A stretch of 64,000 nt of DNA from Tubulanus polymorphus (Eukaryota; Animalia; Nemertea), in contig NC_134033.1 in NCBI RefSeq assembly GCF_964204645.1, positions 13,772,655 to 13,836,654 on the forward strand. Reading direction: 5' to 3'. A program made the translations under genes and the position numbers. Below the pieces are notes generated by a model. That model was not told where the DNA came from. It worked only from the letters and a program-made list of their open reading frames with translations, and made no database searches. Of the stretch, positions 62,401-64,000 are shown piece by piece (position 1 is the stretch's first letter; every line of letters begins with the position of its first letter).

Positions 62401-64000
62401 TCACCAGGGAAAAATTGTTCAAGGTATTATACAAATTCGATTCATTCCGTTGATCTCAAAATTGTGTTTGATAAGTTTGAATCTTTTATCAAAACTTGCG
62501 GAAAGATTTTTGATATCGAAAAAAAATGTTGCCCTCGGACTGGATTTGAACCAGCGACCTAAGGAAGTCAGCTATGGCGATGCCTCTACAGTCCTCCGCT
62601 CTACCAACTGAGCTACCGAGGGCAGATATTATAATTGTAACGTCTTGAGACTAAGTATTTTACTGTCTCTGATGCCAGGTGTGGGTAATGGAGTCATTGG
62701 ATTCACCTGTTAGAAAAAAAAACATCCTGACAATAATTGATACAAATCGTATTTCCTATTTCAACAGGTTGCGTTTCGAAATCTTCGCGGCTTCACGAAA
62801 AAAGAAATCCACAAACTACAAGTCAAAAATGAGATGTACTTGAACAGCGTGCGCCACCTGCAGGTGCCTCATTTAACTAAATCGGCGTCGTGCGAATCGC
62901 TCGATTTGAAAGTTTCGAAATCGGCCAGCGAAATAAACGATGTGCACTCAGTTTGCGTACCTAGCGGTTCACTGTTGTCTCACGATCAGGTCAGTTAGTC
63001 TGCTACATATAGAGGGCGTTAGTTGTCGGACAGATTTATAGTAGACTCCTTCTAACTCGAATCAATTTGCTCCAATTTACTCACATTTGTATAAACTATA
63101 TCTGTGAATTCGAACCTGATAGGTCTAAAAAAACAAACGATAAAATTTCTGCTTAAAACTAAATCTTGCGATGTTTTCCGATTCTGTACACTTCGCTGCG
63201 TTGCAGTTCGCCAGCTGTCCTCGTTCGAGGTCAAGGTCGCTCGGCGTCATCGCCCTGGCAGACGTTAAATCTGCCATATTGACGTTACAAGATGTAAGTT
63301 CTTCGATGTCTGGTATAATTTCAATGTCTCCAGAAATACGTAGGACCTCGTTTTTAGTTTTACTGCCTTGAAATGATTTCAACGCCCAAGCGTCTGCCTC
63401 CAGATCGGTTGTATTATTAAATGTTAGAGCGGATTTTTCTTCCAGGCTTCTACGCATGGTGCATCTTATAATTTTCCTAAATTCAATTGAATTTTATGTT
63501 AGCCCTTAACTTTTTTCGCGAGAAAAATGCATGTAAGAATAATAGGTAAATAGCTCTATGTATTTAGGTGTTTAAAAGGTTGTTCAATAACCTGAAATAT
63601 TGCCGCCTGAACTAGCTTGTTAGCCCGAGGTAAAGGCTTGAATTTTGTTATTAGAAGTTTAACCTTCTTGTCGTTCGTTTGGCCGCATGTACTGGGCATG
63701 TAGATTTGACCTAGTTTTTAGTTGAGTTTCCAAATTCTGCTGTAGTCGAGCCATTAACTGTATATTATAAAACGAATTGAAATTGGTAATTTTTTGTAAT
63801 GGGTTGATTCTGAATGTGCATAAGATGAATTACGCGGAATCTGAATAGAAAATTGAATCTGTAATAGTTTTTGAATTGGCGTTACAGTGGCAGATGTTAT
63901 GGCAGTGGGTACCGACTAGGATGACGGTTTATCAGCCGACGTTACTGTACACGACCCAGGAACACGGAACAAGCATTAAAACACTGTACAGTCGATGTGA
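59478..64000 (+). CDS. TBC1D24: TBC1 domain family member 24 / skywalker (TBC + TLDc), partial
   Basis: Exons 59478-59769, 60285-60601, 60694-60798, 61112-61202, 62326-62423, 62768-62989, 63888->64000; motifs WPVNHDIRKVLW, LPSFVDP, PDITFSP, VRIMDCYLFEGMKVFYRIALAIL, and TLDc start LWQWVP..LLYTTQEHGTSIKTLY. Confidence 0.92.
62531..62622 (-). tRNA. tRNA-Tyr (GTA), intron-containing, antisense in a TBC1D24 intron
   Basis: CCCTCGGTAGCTCAGTTGGTAGAGCGGAGGACTGTAG-[19-nt intron 62585..62567]-TTCCTTAGGTCGCTGGTTCAAATCCAGTCCGAGGGC, then T7 terminator; atypical C73 and U38. Confidence 0.85.
63125..63457 (-). CDS. Hypothetical 110-aa ORF nested antisense in a TBC1D24 intron
   Basis: CACC-ATG context, non-repetitive protein-like composition; no family recognised. 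Confidence 0.3.
   Translation of the reverse strand: MRRSLEEKSALTFNNTTDLEADAWALKSFQGSKTKNEVLRISGDIEIIPDIEELTSCNVNMADLTSARAMTPSDLDLERGQLANCNAAKCTESENIARFSFKQKFYRLFF

Overview
Eukaryotic, intron-containing, AT-rich animal DNA (invertebrate bilaterian in style; species not determinable from the sequence alone). Left to right: the 5' exons of a secreted Pro-rich protein running off the left edge (-); a tandem-duplicated pair-of-pairs of intronless GT11 alpha-1,2-fucosyltransferase genes (-; one copy disrupted); RNASEH2B (-, 11 exons) head-to-head with RPP38 (+); FBXO45 (-) head-to-head with MMGT1/EMC5 (+), followed closely by intronless WDR53 (+); PCYT1 (-); tRNA-Gly(GCC); TBC1D24 (+, runs off the right edge) with an intronic antisense tRNA-Tyr. 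Exon structures were derived by hand from splice signals and reading frame. Introns and spacers are rich in MITEs and minisatellites. Most interesting: (1) a donor 22 nt after the MMGT1 stop pairs with an acceptor 80 nt before the WDR53 ATG, suggesting a bicistronic/operon-like MMGT1-WDR53 transcript within an FBXO45-WDR53-PCYT1 block that is also linked on human 3q29; (2) in-frame 18-, 21- and 96-nt cassette exons in PCYT1; (3) 32-34 bp hairpin insertions with 7-bp GTNNNAC target duplications and an empty-site control; (4) patchwork divergence of the fucosyltransferases; (5) an antisense ORF nested in TBC1D24 and an atypical tRNA-Tyr.
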